53,857 nt of DNA from Proteromonas lacertae (lineage: Eukaryota), in contig NGBS01000918.1 in assembly GCA_002245135.1 (NCBI GenBank), positions 1 to 53,857 of the forward strand, read 5' to 3'. Each line of letters opens with the position of its first letter. Within the stretch, counting starts at the first letter, position 1. This document shows, one piece after another, positions 36,886 to 48,497 of this stretch. Both the position numbers and the translations under genes were made by a program. Below the pieces are notes generated by a model that was not told the DNA's origin, did not search any database, and saw only the letters and a program-made list of their open reading frames with translations.

Positions 36886-37083
36886 CTAGTTCTCAATAGC
36901 AACGATGTCAGGGATGGGAATGGGTATTGCTGGGCCTTTAGATGTTCTTCTTCTTCTAGTCTTTATCAGCTTCGGTATATCAGTCTTGTTAAGTTGCCTT
37001 ACAATGATCTTCTCTTTGCGTTTGTCTTTAAGGTTCTTGAGTATCTCAGGATGCTGCTTAAGCATTGCTTTGGTTCTAGCCAT
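36886..37083 (-). CDS. Small basic viral protein starting MARTK (possibly the truncated N-terminus of a longer ORF)
   Basis: Lys/Arg-rich ORF with ATG start inside virus fragment A. Confidence 0.4.
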   Translation of the reverse strand: MARTKAMLKQHPEILKNLKDKRKEKIIVRQLNKTDIPKLIKTRRRRTSKGPAIPIPIPDIVAIEN

Positions 37084-37138
37084 TGTAATTGCCTTTAAGA
37101 AAATGCCTTATACAATCTCCTAGTATTTTCTTTCCCGA

Positions 37139-37771
37139 GTGATTCTTACGATGGAATATCTCTTGTCCGATAACATCAGTAGCCGATCCTTGTTAATCTA
37201 CCACCTCACTTGTCTAGTCGATAGTTACCAAGAGTGCACTGGAGCTTCATGGAACTTTACTTCCTTTGACTTTGTCACCATCCTTTCATCCGTACTACAG
37301 AACATCACTGTGAAGACTGATGGAAGCAGCAACAATAGCATGATCGATATAATTATCAACTACGGGATGACCGTCTTGTTAGCAATTGTCCTTACAGGTG
37401 TTGGCTATATCCTTAAGAAGCTAGGAGTGATCAAGAACATGTCCGACATCACGGAGATCAAGAACATGGTATTAACTCAACGAAGGCAAAGTACTGTCCT
37501 TGAGAATGACTTAGAGGATATCAAGAAGACTTTACTGAGTAATTCTGCAAGAAGTTGTGGTAACTCTCCTAACAATGGAGCTCCGATGATGTTGCTAGGC
37601 TCTTCAACTTCAACCATTGACAGTACTACTTCTCCTATCAATCCAGAGGCAATCCCTGAGGGATCTGATGTTGAGTCCCTTGAAGTAAGCATCAGTGATA
37701 ATGAGTCGGCAAAGTACTTCCCAAGAAGATTGATATCTCCGATGGAAACTTACGTATATTCTATCTCTTGA
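37139..37771 (+). CDS. Viral membrane protein with TM + coiled-coil segment
   Basis: TVLLAIVL..YILKK..NMSDITEIKN..LEDIKK resembles the 49715-49951 protein; start uncertain. Confidence 0.45.
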   Translation: MILTMEYLLSDNISSRSLLIYHLTCLVDSYQECTGASWNFTSFDFVTILSSVLQNITVKTDGSSNNSMIDIIINYGMTVLLAIVLTGVGYILKKLGVIKNMSDITEIKNMVLTQRRQSTVLENDLEDIKKTLLSNSARSCGNSPNNGAPMMLLGSSTSTIDSTTSPINPEAIPEGSDVESLEVSISDNESAKYFPRRLISPMETYVYSIS

Positions 37772-38257
37772 TGAGCTTACGGTTCCTTGTTATACCAACA
37801 TCTTCATTTACCTTGAGGAGTTCATTTGGCTTATAGCACTTATCAGAGATGTCCTTGACCGGATTCATGTTAGCATCTCCGAGGATGAAGGAGTAGGTGT
37901 TCTTTGCAATGATCCGATAGATGATGTCGGAGTAGAATAAGGCCTTCTCTATCTTGCTTACTCGACCTTCCTTAGCTCTTACGAAGTCCCCTTAGAAGTA
38001 CTGCTGCTGGACATCTTCATTGTAGAAGACTTCATTGGGAGTGAACCAGGATAAGGATGCCTTCGGTTTATTGTTGTACTGATCAACGACTTCATTGATA
38101 AGTAGGTTGAATTCTCTTGTAAAGCAATCTACGTCCTTAACAATGTACTGGATCTGGTGTTGTATAAGCTCCTCTTGAAACATGTTGCATAAGAAGGCTC
38201 CTTCCTTGTCTGTTAAGATCGTAGCTACAGTAGATCTTACTACATCACCTACTTGTA
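37750..38257 (-). pseudogene. rve integrase C-terminal remnant (fragment A)
   Basis: ILTDKEGAF, VVDQYNNKPKASL..TPNEVF, *GDFVRAKE...FYSDIIYRI align with the 40206-41366 integrase. Confidence 0.8.
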
Positions 38258-38331
38258 TAATTAATTAACTTTGGTTTAAAATTCATTTTTATATTTCTAT
38301 GCGTTTTTATATATAAATAATTTCACATAAT

Positions 38332-38715
38332 ATGCCATATAATACATCTTTAGTTATGTTAGGTGATATGAAAGATACTTTAAATGGTTTGAAACAAGAA
38401 CTGTATATTTTATTAGGTTGTGTAGTTCTATGGGTTCTTTATAAATGCAAGAGAATATGTGCATGGTGTTATCATAAAGCCTGTCCTCCAGAATTAAGTG
38501 AAATATTAGCTGAGCCAGAACCTGCTGTTCAATTAGCATTAAGAAAATCTACTATTGTTTCTGCTATTCCATTTACTTTAACACCTGAAAATAGTAGAAT
38601 AAATTCTAGAAATGTTAGTGATAATGAAGATGAAGAGCAATTAGAAACAGAAATAGAAATTATTCCTATTAATAAACCTGAGATTGAAATTCAAAAACCA
38701 ATCATAAATATTTAA
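38332..38715 (+). CDS. Hypothetical small single-TM viral protein
   Basis: ATG-start ORF with hydrophobic segment LYILLGCVVLWVLY, Cys cluster and acidic tail. Confidence 0.55.
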   Translation: MPYNTSLVMLGDMKDTLNGLKQELYILLGCVVLWVLYKCKRICAWCYHKACPPELSEILAEPEPAVQLALRKSTIVSAIPFTLTPENSRINSRNVSDNEDEEQLETEIEIIPINKPEIEIQKPIINI

Positions 38716-38894
38716 TTTTATATATAGACTTTTTTCGTATTTGATTTTGAAAGTTATTTTTTGTACCCCCTTAAAAAATTACATAAAGAAAAACCGTTTT
38801 TTTCATTCACACTTTTCTTACTCATTTTCAGTATTTTATTTTTTTCATTTTTTTACTTTAATAGAAAATTAATTATTCAATCATTCAATCAAAA

Positions 38895-40067
38895 ATGCCA
38901 GCAGACAGAGTCAAACAACCAACCAATTCAGAATTATGCTCCCAGCTTCCATTAAAGGGACAGGCTTATGAGTTCTATCAGAAAGTGAGTCGTAACATCC
39001 AGCATTTAAAGACATTTTGCGACGAAATGTATATTCAAAGTTTGGCTTATGATGACAGCAAAAAATCAAAGAAGAAACAAAATCCACCACAATTCAACTA
39101 TATCGAATTAGAGAAGTCAGCTACAGCAGTTTATTATTGCTTTTCATGTAAGTTTGATAATCAGAAGTTAATTCCCATTAAACATCTAGAGACATTAGAT
39201 CAAAATGAGTATATGAATTTATACTTTAGTGACGATGAGATGAAGAGTATAGTAAAACCAAATGTAAAACAGATTAAACCTTTTATTCAACCTCAGTTAA
39301 AACAACAACAACAACCACAACAAGAACCACCACCACCAACTGTACCTCAAAAACCTAAAAGAGTTTATAAAAGAAGAACTGATACTGTTAAGAAACCTAA
39401 AACAAAAGCAGTTATTGATAGTGATGATGAATTAATTCATTTAAAGAAAAGAAAGATTGTTAAGGATTCTGATTTTGTTGATGAACCAATGGGTATAATT
39501 GTGAAAGATACTGAATCAAGAACATCTGCTGATGATTTATTAAGTAGCCAAAGTCCTACCTTTACACTACCAATGTCACCAAGGTCTGATAATACACTTC
39601 TTGATGTTACTGATATTGATATTCTGGATGCTGAATTGAAATATTTTAATGCTGAATTAACTAAAAAAGATGAAGAAAAACAAAAAGAGATAGAAGAGAA
39701 AATTAAACATCAAGATGCAGAGAGAAAGAAACAAGAAGATGAAGAAAAAAAGAAAAAACAACAAGAAGAAGAAAGAGTTAGAAAAGTACAAGAAGAAGCA
39801 GAGAGAAAAAGAAAACAAGAAGAAGCAGAAATGAAAAGAAAAGAAGAATTAGTTGTTATTAGAATGCTTCAAGAAGAAGAGAATATGAGACAACAAGAAG
39901 AGTTAAGAAAGAAATGGGTATTAGAACAAAAGAGACAAATGGAAGAAAAGATGAAAAAAGAAAACGATGAATTAGAAAAGAAAATGGAAGAAGAGTTTAA
40001 GAAGAGAATAGAAGAAGAGAAAAGAAAGAAAGCTGAAGAGTTTGAGAAGATGATGAAGAACTTATAA
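38895..40067 (+). CDS. Hypothetical protein with Q/P-rich linker and long E/K coiled-coil C-terminus
   Basis: 390 aa intact ORF; low-complexity charged helix. Confidence 0.7.
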   Translation: MPADRVKQPTNSELCSQLPLKGQAYEFYQKVSRNIQHLKTFCDEMYIQSLAYDDSKKSKKKQNPPQFNYIELEKSATAVYYCFSCKFDNQKLIPIKHLETLDQNEYMNLYFSDDEMKSIVKPNVKQIKPFIQPQLKQQQQPQQEPPPPTVPQKPKRVYKRRTDTVKKPKTKAVIDSDDELIHLKKRKIVKDSDFVDEPMGIIVKDTESRTSADDLLSSQSPTFTLPMSPRSDNTLLDVTDIDILDAELKYFNAELTKKDEEKQKEIEEKIKHQDAERKKQEDEEKKKKQQEEERVRKVQEEAERKRKQEEAEMKRKEELVVIRMLQEEENMRQQEELRKKWVLEQKRQMEEKMKKENDELEKKMEEEFKKRIEEEKRKKAEEFEKMMKNL

Positions 40068-40205
40068 GTATTAATATATACTTTAAATTTGTCTGGTTTA
40101 TGCTTTAATCCGTATACTTGAAAAAGCACTTTGAATTCATTACTTTGATGAAAATTGGTGTTTTGTTTAATATGTAAAAAATAACATAAATAAAAAACAT
40201 AAAAA

Positions 40206-41366
40206 TTATACGAAATCATTAAATAGTGAATTTATCTTATATACTCTACCATATCTACTTTTTCTACCTTCTGGTGCTGGTTGAATATCTGGTTCTATAG
40301 GTTGTGCTTCATTATTTATACTATGAATTTGTCTTAATCTAAACTTACCATTTGTTGTAATACTATTAACAGGTACTCTTTTAATTTCATGTGATTTGAA
40401 TCTATATGAACCTATATCTCTAGGATTGAATTCTTTAGGTATTGTTCCATCCAAGTTCTTAACAGAATATGAAAATGGTCCAACTTTGTGTATTTGGTAT
40501 ACTTTATCAGCATAATAAGTAGTTTTTTGTAGTTTGTTATCTCTACGTTCTTTTATTCTGACAAAATCATCGGGTTTAAAATGAGTATCACTTTTACGCT
40601 TCTTTAAGTTTCTAGCATGGGATTCTTTATACAATCTATCTTGCACTTCAAAATCATTGAATACTTCATTTGGAGTTAGATTATTGAGTGCAGAATGTGG
40701 TTTTGCATTGTAATCATCTACAACAGTATATACTATATTACACAATGATTCAATATTGTTAATTTTATCAAATTCTTCATCAGAAAATGTATTAATTTTT
40801 CTATAAAACATATCTTTAATAGTTCTCACACATCGATCCAATATTTTCATTATATTATGTTCATTACGTTCTTTAAGTATAAATCGTATATGATTTTTAT
40901 TAAACAAATCTAAAAATTTCTTACCATAGATAATACTAGACTCTTCATCTGATAAAATACTTCCTACAAAACGAGTGTTTTCATCCTTAGGTTGCATACC
41001 CTGATAAAACCATTTTTCAAACACTGGATATACATCATTTTCTGATTTAGATTTAACATAATATATCCAACACTTACGACTAACAACTTCTATAATTAAC
41101 AAAAATGGAACTTTTGTATTGTTGAAAAACACTAAATCTATTTGATATGATCCAGGTAACTTTTCAATTTCATATTTAATTCTATTCCTTTTAGTTGCAG
41201 TGATTTGATAATCTGGTTTAGACTCTACAAGTTCACTACTAGCTTTTTTAATATCAGATTTTTTAAAGTTATTCTCAAGTTCATTTACAGAGAAATTAAT
41301 AAAGTCTCGTTTGTTTAAATAACCATATGTTTTGTATAACTCATTTATTTTATCTTGTAGTGACAT
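40206..41366 (-). CDS. Retroviral-like (rve) integrase of Polinton type
   Basis: GSYQIDLVF, IIEVVSRK, ILSDEES, ILDRCVRTIK, YNAKPHSAL..LTPNEV, FKPDDFVRI; intact ORF. Confidence 0.9.
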   Translation of the reverse strand: MSLQDKINELYKTYGYLNKRDFINFSVNELENNFKKSDIKKASSELVESKPDYQITATKRNRIKYEIEKLPGSYQIDLVFFNNTKVPFLLIIEVVSRKCWIYYVKSKSENDVYPVFEKWFYQGMQPKDENTRFVGSILSDEESSIIYGKKFLDLFNKNHIRFILKERNEHNIMKILDRCVRTIKDMFYRKINTFSDEEFDKINNIESLCNIVYTVVDDYNAKPHSALNNLTPNEVFNDFEVQDRLYKESHARNLKKRKSDTHFKPDDFVRIKERRDNKLQKTTYYADKVYQIHKVGPFSYSVKNLDGTIPKEFNPRDIGSYRFKSHEIKRVPVNSITTNGKFRLRQIHSINNEAQPIEPDIQPAPEGRKSRYGRVYKINSLFNDFV

Positions 41367-41436
41367 TCAAACAATATATAAAAAATAATATGAATGATAT
41401 ATATTTAAAGAATTAATGAATTAAAATGTATTTAAA

Positions 41437-42213
41437 TCATTCTTCTACCTCTCCCAAATCCTTATCACTTAAAGCGTTACCACCATTACCAAAGTTAATA
41501 GACTTAGCAGCACTAATAAAACCATTACTAATTACTTTCTTAGCAGGGAATGGTCTACGAGTACTAATTAAATCACTATCTTCTATCTTAGTTCTCTTAA
41601 TTCTTGGAGGTGAAACAAATTTGTTTTGATTAGCTTGTTCTTTCTTAATTTTCTTCTCATTACTTCTTCTAATAGTTGTAGCTAAATCAGGATTTTCATC
41701 ATAACCAACAATATCACTACAAACTCTATGATTAACAAAGTTTTGAGTACCATTACTCTTAATAGAGATTTGATTATCAACAACACTTACAGCAATTTTA
41801 CTACCAACATCAACATCAGATGGAACTCTATAGTTACTATTATCCCATATCATAATAGAATTGAAATTGTGGAAGTATTTAATACCATGTTGAGGTTCTC
41901 TACATCCTACACTAATCAAATATCCACGAATGATTTTTTCTATAAAGTCATTCTCGTTTCTATCATAAATTTGTTTCAATACATATTTCACTTCATCAGC
42001 TGAATATGTTTCAAAATCTCTTCCATTATTAATTACAACTTTATGATCCAAATCATGAACAAAAGTAATCAATACATATTGACTAGTTTTAGTAGGCTTA
42101 ACTGTAATACTCTCAACAGTTCCTTTAATAATCCACTTATTACATAACTTTGGATTTTTGTAGTAATCACTGAATTCTACATCTGTAGCTTCATAGGGTG
42201 TTTCGTTACTCAT
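41437..42213 (-). CDS. Hypothetical viral protein (possible OB-fold N-terminus)
   Basis: 258 aa ORF divergent from polB; IKGTVESITVKPTK..YVLITF has an OB-like beta pattern (weak). Confidence 0.6.
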   Translation of the reverse strand: MSNETPYEATDVEFSDYYKNPKLCNKWIIKGTVESITVKPTKTSQYVLITFVHDLDHKVVINNGRDFETYSADEVKYVLKQIYDRNENDFIEKIIRGYLISVGCREPQHGIKYFHNFNSIMIWDNSNYRVPSDVDVGSKIAVSVVDNQISIKSNGTQNFVNHRVCSDIVGYDENPDLATTIRRSNEKKIKKEQANQNKFVSPPRIKRTKIEDSDLISTRRPFPAKKVISNGFISAAKSINFGNGGNALSDKDLGEVEE

Positions 42214-42300
42214 TTTATATAAGGGAGAGATGAAAATAAAAAATGATTAAAAAATGTCAAGAAAAATGAAAATGAAATTTTCTTTTTATTTTTAAAGTCA

Positions 42301-42328
42301 ACCAATCAAATCATCCGACCAATCAAAT
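42301..42328. promoter_or_regulatory. Tandem CCAAT-box-like motifs in a divergent promoter
   Basis: ACCAATCAAAT at 42301 and 42318, between the 42213(-) and 42374(+) starts. Confidence 0.45.
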
Positions 42329-42373
42329 TTCATATTTCCATTTTTGATTTATTTCGCGAATTCTGTCTATATA

Positions 42374-45300
42374 ATGAGCAAACATAAAAAGCTTTTAAAT
42401 GCATTTTTTAAACTTCTAGAACAAACTTTTAATAAAAATAAACATCATAAGCATAAGCATCACCATCATCATAAACATAAACATATAGATGAACTACCAC
42501 CAGAAGAAGCTCCAAAACGAAGATTAGCGCCATTATTTAGTACAGATGCTATTCAAAATAAAAAAAGATATAATAATGATATACCAATAATCAGTGATAC
42601 ATTCTTTGGTGGATTAATGCCTTCTTCCCTACCAAAACCTAACCAAAATCAAAGATTTAATGATAGAATACGTGATGCTAGAGAAGTTGATAAATCATCT
42701 CAAGGTGTTACCAGGAAATGGGTTTTCAATTATAACAATAGAAATTACAGTACTCCACAACAATGTTATCATGATTTTGTTAATAATAGTGATATCAAAG
42801 ATATATTGCATGAACTAGCTGATAATATGAATATGATCAAATTTTTCTTTATTGTACGTTCAATTTATATACCTGATGAGTCTACTGACAGTGATGATGA
42901 AGTTTCTATATTTAGTCGTAGTAGACTATGTGAAATAACAAAAATGTCTACTGTAGGTGAAATACAAACTATACTGGAGAATATATTTACACAAATATCA
43001 GAAGATGATTCAAATCATCCTCAAAGTGGTCTTACTTTTGCTAGAGTAAATACTATAGAATTATATGTAACAAAATTTAAAGTAATACGTGGAAGTAGCT
43101 TTATTGCTTTACCTGCTAAACTTCAAGGTCTTAGATGTTTAACAAATGTAATAAATGAAGATAATGAATGTTTTAAGTGGAGTGTACTATGTTCATTATA
43201 TTCTAATAATCTACAATGTAATAAAGATAAACCTGAAAAATACAAAATGTATGAAAAGAAACATGATTGGAGTATGTTAACATTCCCTGTTGATGCTACA
43301 GACAATGAATCTATTGATAAGTTTGAAACAAAGAATCGACTAAATGTGAATATATTTTATATTGATATTGGTAAAGATAAAGAAGAAATATTCTTACCCA
43401 TTCATTTATCTAAACAAAAGAAATCTAAAAAATATAGTGTTGTAAATCTATTGCTAATAAAAAATGAAGATGGAAATTCACACTATGTAACAATAAATAC
43501 CTTACCTGCTCTATTTAGAAAAATGATAGATAAAAAGAATAATACTAATAATATATTTGTGTGTCCATATTGTCTCTTCTATACTTACGATGATGGATCC
43601 TTTAATAGTCACCAAATATATGACTGTCAAGATAAAGAGAATGTATTAAGATTATTCCCTGATAAAGATGATAAAGAAAAATCATACTTAAAATTTAGAC
43701 ATTGGACTCACCTCCAAACATTGCCAGTTGTTATGTATTATGATACTGAAACTTATTTTGTACCATATGATAATGAATTGAATTTAAGTAGATATAAATC
43801 TATGGAAGAAATAGATAATAATGATACTAGAATAGAATTATCAAAAACTGAGCAATCTATTATGGCTAGGCATAAGCTTTATTCCTACTGTATCTATGTA
43901 GATAGTAAAATACCAGATATAAACAGTTTTACTGTGATTAATTATAAACAAAATGAGGATCATAATATTGAAAATGATTTTGTATTGGATATATTAAATA
44001 TATATGATCAAATATGTACAGTTTACAATTATAGACTAGCTAATCCTAAACCTTTTGATGGAGATGAAATAGCTAAGGATATACATAATAAAAAGAGAAA
44101 ATATGACTTTTGTGGTAAACTATTTAATTCTATTGATCATGTAAAGGTACTTCACCATGATCATTTCACAGGTCATTATATTGCTTCAATTGGTAGTAAT
44201 GAGAATCTAAATATTGATATAAAAAAATTAAAAGTACCAATAATAGGTTATAATGCTATGAAATATGACCAGCATTTCATAGTAAAGGAATTAGCCAAAT
44301 TTGCTGCAATAACTAATAGTCCACTCAATATTATACCTAATACAGATGAAAACTATAAGTGTATACAATACAAAAATTTGGTGTTTATTGATAGTTATTT
44401 ATTCTTAGCAGGTTCTTTAGCAAATTTAACTAATGATCTAAAAATTACAGCAGAATTAAATAATACTAAGAAAGAAAAATTCAAAACAATTTATGAGAAT
44501 TTTAAAGAATATAATGGACATTACCTAGATGATGAAATTATTGAAAAATACTTACTTCAAAAGAATTATTTTCCATATGAGCATATGACATCTCTTGAAG
44601 CTTTTGAAGAAAATTTCAAAGATCTTACTATAGATGATTTTAAGTCTAAATTGAATGATAATGAAACTATTAAACCTGAGGAATTTGATTTTGCTATGGA
44701 AGTAAATCAAATATTTGGATTTGATAATATTCGTGAATACAATTTATTTTACTTGAAAATTGATGTTTATATTCTTCAGTCTATATTTAATGATTTTAGA
44801 GATAATATATTTGATACTTTTCACATAGATCCTTGTTGGTATATTTCATTACCCAGTTTATCACTTGATTTATTCTTACATGTATCTGATGTGGAACTTA
44901 AATTATTTTGTGAACCTGAATACTATGATTTTATATTGAATGGTTTATACGGTGGATTATCATATATTGGTAAGCGTAAGGAAGATGCAAATAACAAATT
45001 TATGAAAAATTATGATGAAACTTTACCTAGTAAATTCTTATTATATCAAGACTATAATTCTTTATACCCTTCAGTTATGGCTTCTTGTAAAATGCCTTTA
45101 GATGACTTTGAATTTATTGATCCAAATTCTATTACATTAGAAAGTATACTTAATTTGCCATATTATGAAGAAATGGATCAAGATAGATTGGAGAATAATG
45201 ATTTTGGTTATATATTGGAAGTTGATATCGAATTACCTATAGAGCTACAAGACAAGTTTAAAGAATACCCATTACTACCTGAAAGGAAGAAAATACCTAA

Positions 45301-45763
45301 AGAATGGTTATCTGATATACAAACTGAAAGAGCTGAAAATCTTGGTATTATACATAAAGAAAGAGGTACTTACCATGCTACTGAGAAATTAATAACTGAT
45401 TTATATCCTAAAGAAAAATATATAATACACTACCAAAATTTGAAGTTTGCAGTTGAACATGGCTATAAAGTGGGTAAAGTGTACAGAATAATGAGATTTA
45501 CTGAAGGTCTATATTATAAACAAATAACAAAGTTTTATAAAGATTTAACAAAATTAAAAAAATATCCTAATGATGAATATAAGATTAAAATAAATAGAGT
45601 TAAAAATCAAAGAGTTGATAGTGTAAGATGCGGTTATCATGCAATTTTGTTTTTAGTTGATATCATAGTAAATAACAAATCGTTTGTGCAAGCAACGAAT
45701 TTTAATCCATTAAAAGGAGAACAAAGAGCAAAATTGTTAGAATCAAAATTTAAAACTATATAA
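42374..45763 (+). pseudogene. polB: Protein-primed family B DNA polymerase, C-terminally deleted and fused to a protease C-terminus
   Basis: DNECFKW, HYVTI, ExoI YYDTET, HHDHFTG, ExoII YNAMKYDQHF, FIDSY, KNYFPYE, ExoIII YLKIDV, motif A DYNSLYPSVM, GYILEVD. Motifs B and C are absent; the last ~80 aa match the 36001 protease. Confidence 0.88.
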
Positions 45764-46860
45764 TTTTTATTCTTTTTCTTTTATTATTGTGTGTAAACAA
45801 TTTGGTATACAATTTCATTAATGATTGTGTTTTTCTTCTACGCTTTTTACCTAAACCTTGTATTCTACGCTTAGCTGTTTCTCTATCATCAATAGCTCTT
45901 TGATTAATACTATCTCGATTTGCATTTCTCATATAATCATCAATTTTTAAATAATTATTTTCATCTTTATCATCTAATCTTGCATCTTTTAATACATAAA
46001 TATTATCTTTCAAAGATACTGGTACTATCAATTCTACTGTATCTCCTATCTTAACAAAGAATGGATAGTTATAGAATTTGTGAATTCCATCACCTGGTAT
46101 ATCGCATGACATATAATCAAACATTGGATCACTTATTACATACCATGCTCTATCACTTTCTTGAGATACTATTACTTTGATTTGTTTACATTTGATTTTT
46201 TTATCGTTAGGCCAATTTTTATCATAATCCATACCTATTAATACTTTTATGTTTTTATTTTCCTCTTCATCATCTGATAAAATATTGATACATGGATTAT
46301 ATATGTATATTTCCTGCTTAGCTTGTCTTTCATTAAATGCAGTTCCTCTATGATTCTTTAACCAATATTCTAATAAACCAGTATATGAATATATATTTCT
46401 ATTGTAATCATATCCATAGAACATCATATTGATACTACTATAATTTTGAGGTATATCATTTACTTCAGTTGCATTATATGTAGATCTAGTTAATAAAGGT
46501 AAATTGATGTTTTCTTCTCTAACCCAATCAGTAAAGAACATATAACTCTTATTTGAATTTTCATCTACAATTGTACAAGGTGGATTATGATTATGTATAA
46601 ATGCATCAATTGAATAGATTTTACCATTATTTGTTAACAATTGTGTATAAAACTCTTGTATTATCTTAGTTACACCTATTTTTGCTCCATTTTCTCTATT
46701 AGCTAAAAATCTATGTGATTTATTAAAGTCTCTATTTGGATTTGGTATAGCATTAAGCAAATCATCTGATACTAAAAATGAAAATCTATCAGATGGTATA
46801 AGATAATGAGGATTAAATTGATTACTTAAACTAATTACATTAGATCTAGATATAATAATG
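45756..46860 (-). CDS. Hypothetical viral protein, 5'-truncated, basic C-terminus
   Basis: 334+ aa open frame with no upstream ATG; the frame runs into the repeat block at ~46870. Confidence 0.55.
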
Positions 46861-46870
46861 AAAGAAAGGT

Positions 46871-47132
46871 GGTTATGTATACCTATACATAACCCCCTAT
46901 TGTTTTTTCCGTTTCAAAAAAATATCCGTTTTATAGTATACATAACCCCATATTGTTTTTTCACCCTTAGAAACGTTTTTAATGTACAATAAATATATCA
47001 ATCGATTTCTCTTAGTTTGACTTTCTGATCATAATCGAAATTTAATTCTCTTAAAAAAAAATTCAATAAAAACAATCTAAATAGGATGGTCAACATATGG
47101 TGTGATATGACACCATATGGTAAGCATCCTAT
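46871..47132. repeat. Cluster of a palindrome, direct repeats and a hairpin
   Basis: 11 bp-arm palindrome 46871-46894; 26 bp direct repeat 46884-46909 / 46937-46962 (1 mismatch); imperfect hairpin 47081-47132. Confidence 0.7.
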
Positions 47133-47467
47133 GTAATAAAAAAACAAAACAAAAAAAATGGAGTTCAAGTCAAATCTCGAAACGCATCTATTTTTCTAAG
47201 TGTTATAGTTAGAGCTAGGATTAGTTTGAATACATAATAAATATATCAATTGATTTGTTTTCTTTTTCTCTATCTTTCTATGTATTTATTTTTTATGTTT
47301 GACTATAATTGAAATCTAATTTAATTAAAAAAATTTTGCGTATAATTAGCTACGCATATATACATACACTTATAATAACCCCAAACAAACACTATTTTAA
47401 TGATAAATAATATTTTAATTTTTAAATGATAATAATTGTTTATTTTTTAAGGACTTAATTAGCAGTC

Positions 47468-48037
47468 CTAATCAATTATTACTACTTCGTCATCGTCAAA
47501 CATTCTTCTATGTTTCTTTTTCTTCTCTTCTTCTTCTTCATCATCATCATCTTTGTTGTTCTTTCTTTTTCTTTTTGAATCATCATCATCATCTTCTCTT
47601 GATACAATAATGTTACTTTGTTCATCTTTTTCTGTTTCTTGACTGAATCCAGTTGGAAGATCTCCATCTCCCCATTCACTCATGTTTTCATCACATAATT
47701 GTTTCAAATCTATATATAACCAATCCAGAGTTCTGTCATACTATATAAAATAAAATATAAATATATGATATAAAATTGATTTTTCATTATCATCACAATA
47801 GCGGAAAAGATACAATAATTGATCCTTTAAGTATCTGAATTTGGAGATCTTAGCCATATCATTGTGGATAAGGCTACATTTTTTAAAATCATTGATCCAC
47901 GCATCAAAGGAACCATAATATATGCTGTCTGGATTAAACCTATTTAAATATATAATATATATATATAATATACTTATATCTACTGCAATCTCTAATATGT
48001 CTTTGAATGATTGATCCATTAAAGAGAATGTTGTCAA
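47468..48037 (-). pseudogene. Remnant of an intron-containing non-viral-style gene with an acidic/basic C-terminus
   Basis: Short AT-rich GT..AG segments (e.g. ~47939-47973) and a D/E/K-rich terminal ORF 47468-47707. Confidence 0.35.
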
Positions 48038-48497
48038 ATTCCTTCTCAGTATACCTGCTAGGTATTTCTTTGAAATATACTATGCGTTGATTCATTGATA
48101 TTTTAAAAAAGATAAATAGATTTCAAACCTGCCGGCTTGTTCAAATCTATTTTGAAAAAAACTATAAAGGAAACATGATAGATAGAATCTAAGTATTATT
48201 TATATATACTTACTAGGGTATATACCCATCTCTAATATATCAATATCTCATTTCAGGCAATAATCTAAATCATCTTTGAATATGAAACATATATGAAATC
48301 TAACTACATCAATCGATTGCTCATGATATGCCATATAATAAGAAACACATCAGATTATTCATTATGTCAATGGATCGTGAGATATTATTTTTTTTAACAA
48401 ACCTCAAACATTTGTATTACTAAACAAACAATAACTTTATTGATTAGACCCATAAAAATTTAATATTATATATAATAGCAAAAAAAAAACAAAGAAG

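Larger units (their letters stand above)
35614..38257 (-). mobile_element. Decayed Polinton/Maverick-like virus fragment A (GC-richer than flanks)
   Basis: Contains a capsid N-terminus, an adenain-like protease and an rve integrase remnant, each homologous to genes at 40-54 kb; abrupt composition shifts at both ends. Confidence 0.8.
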
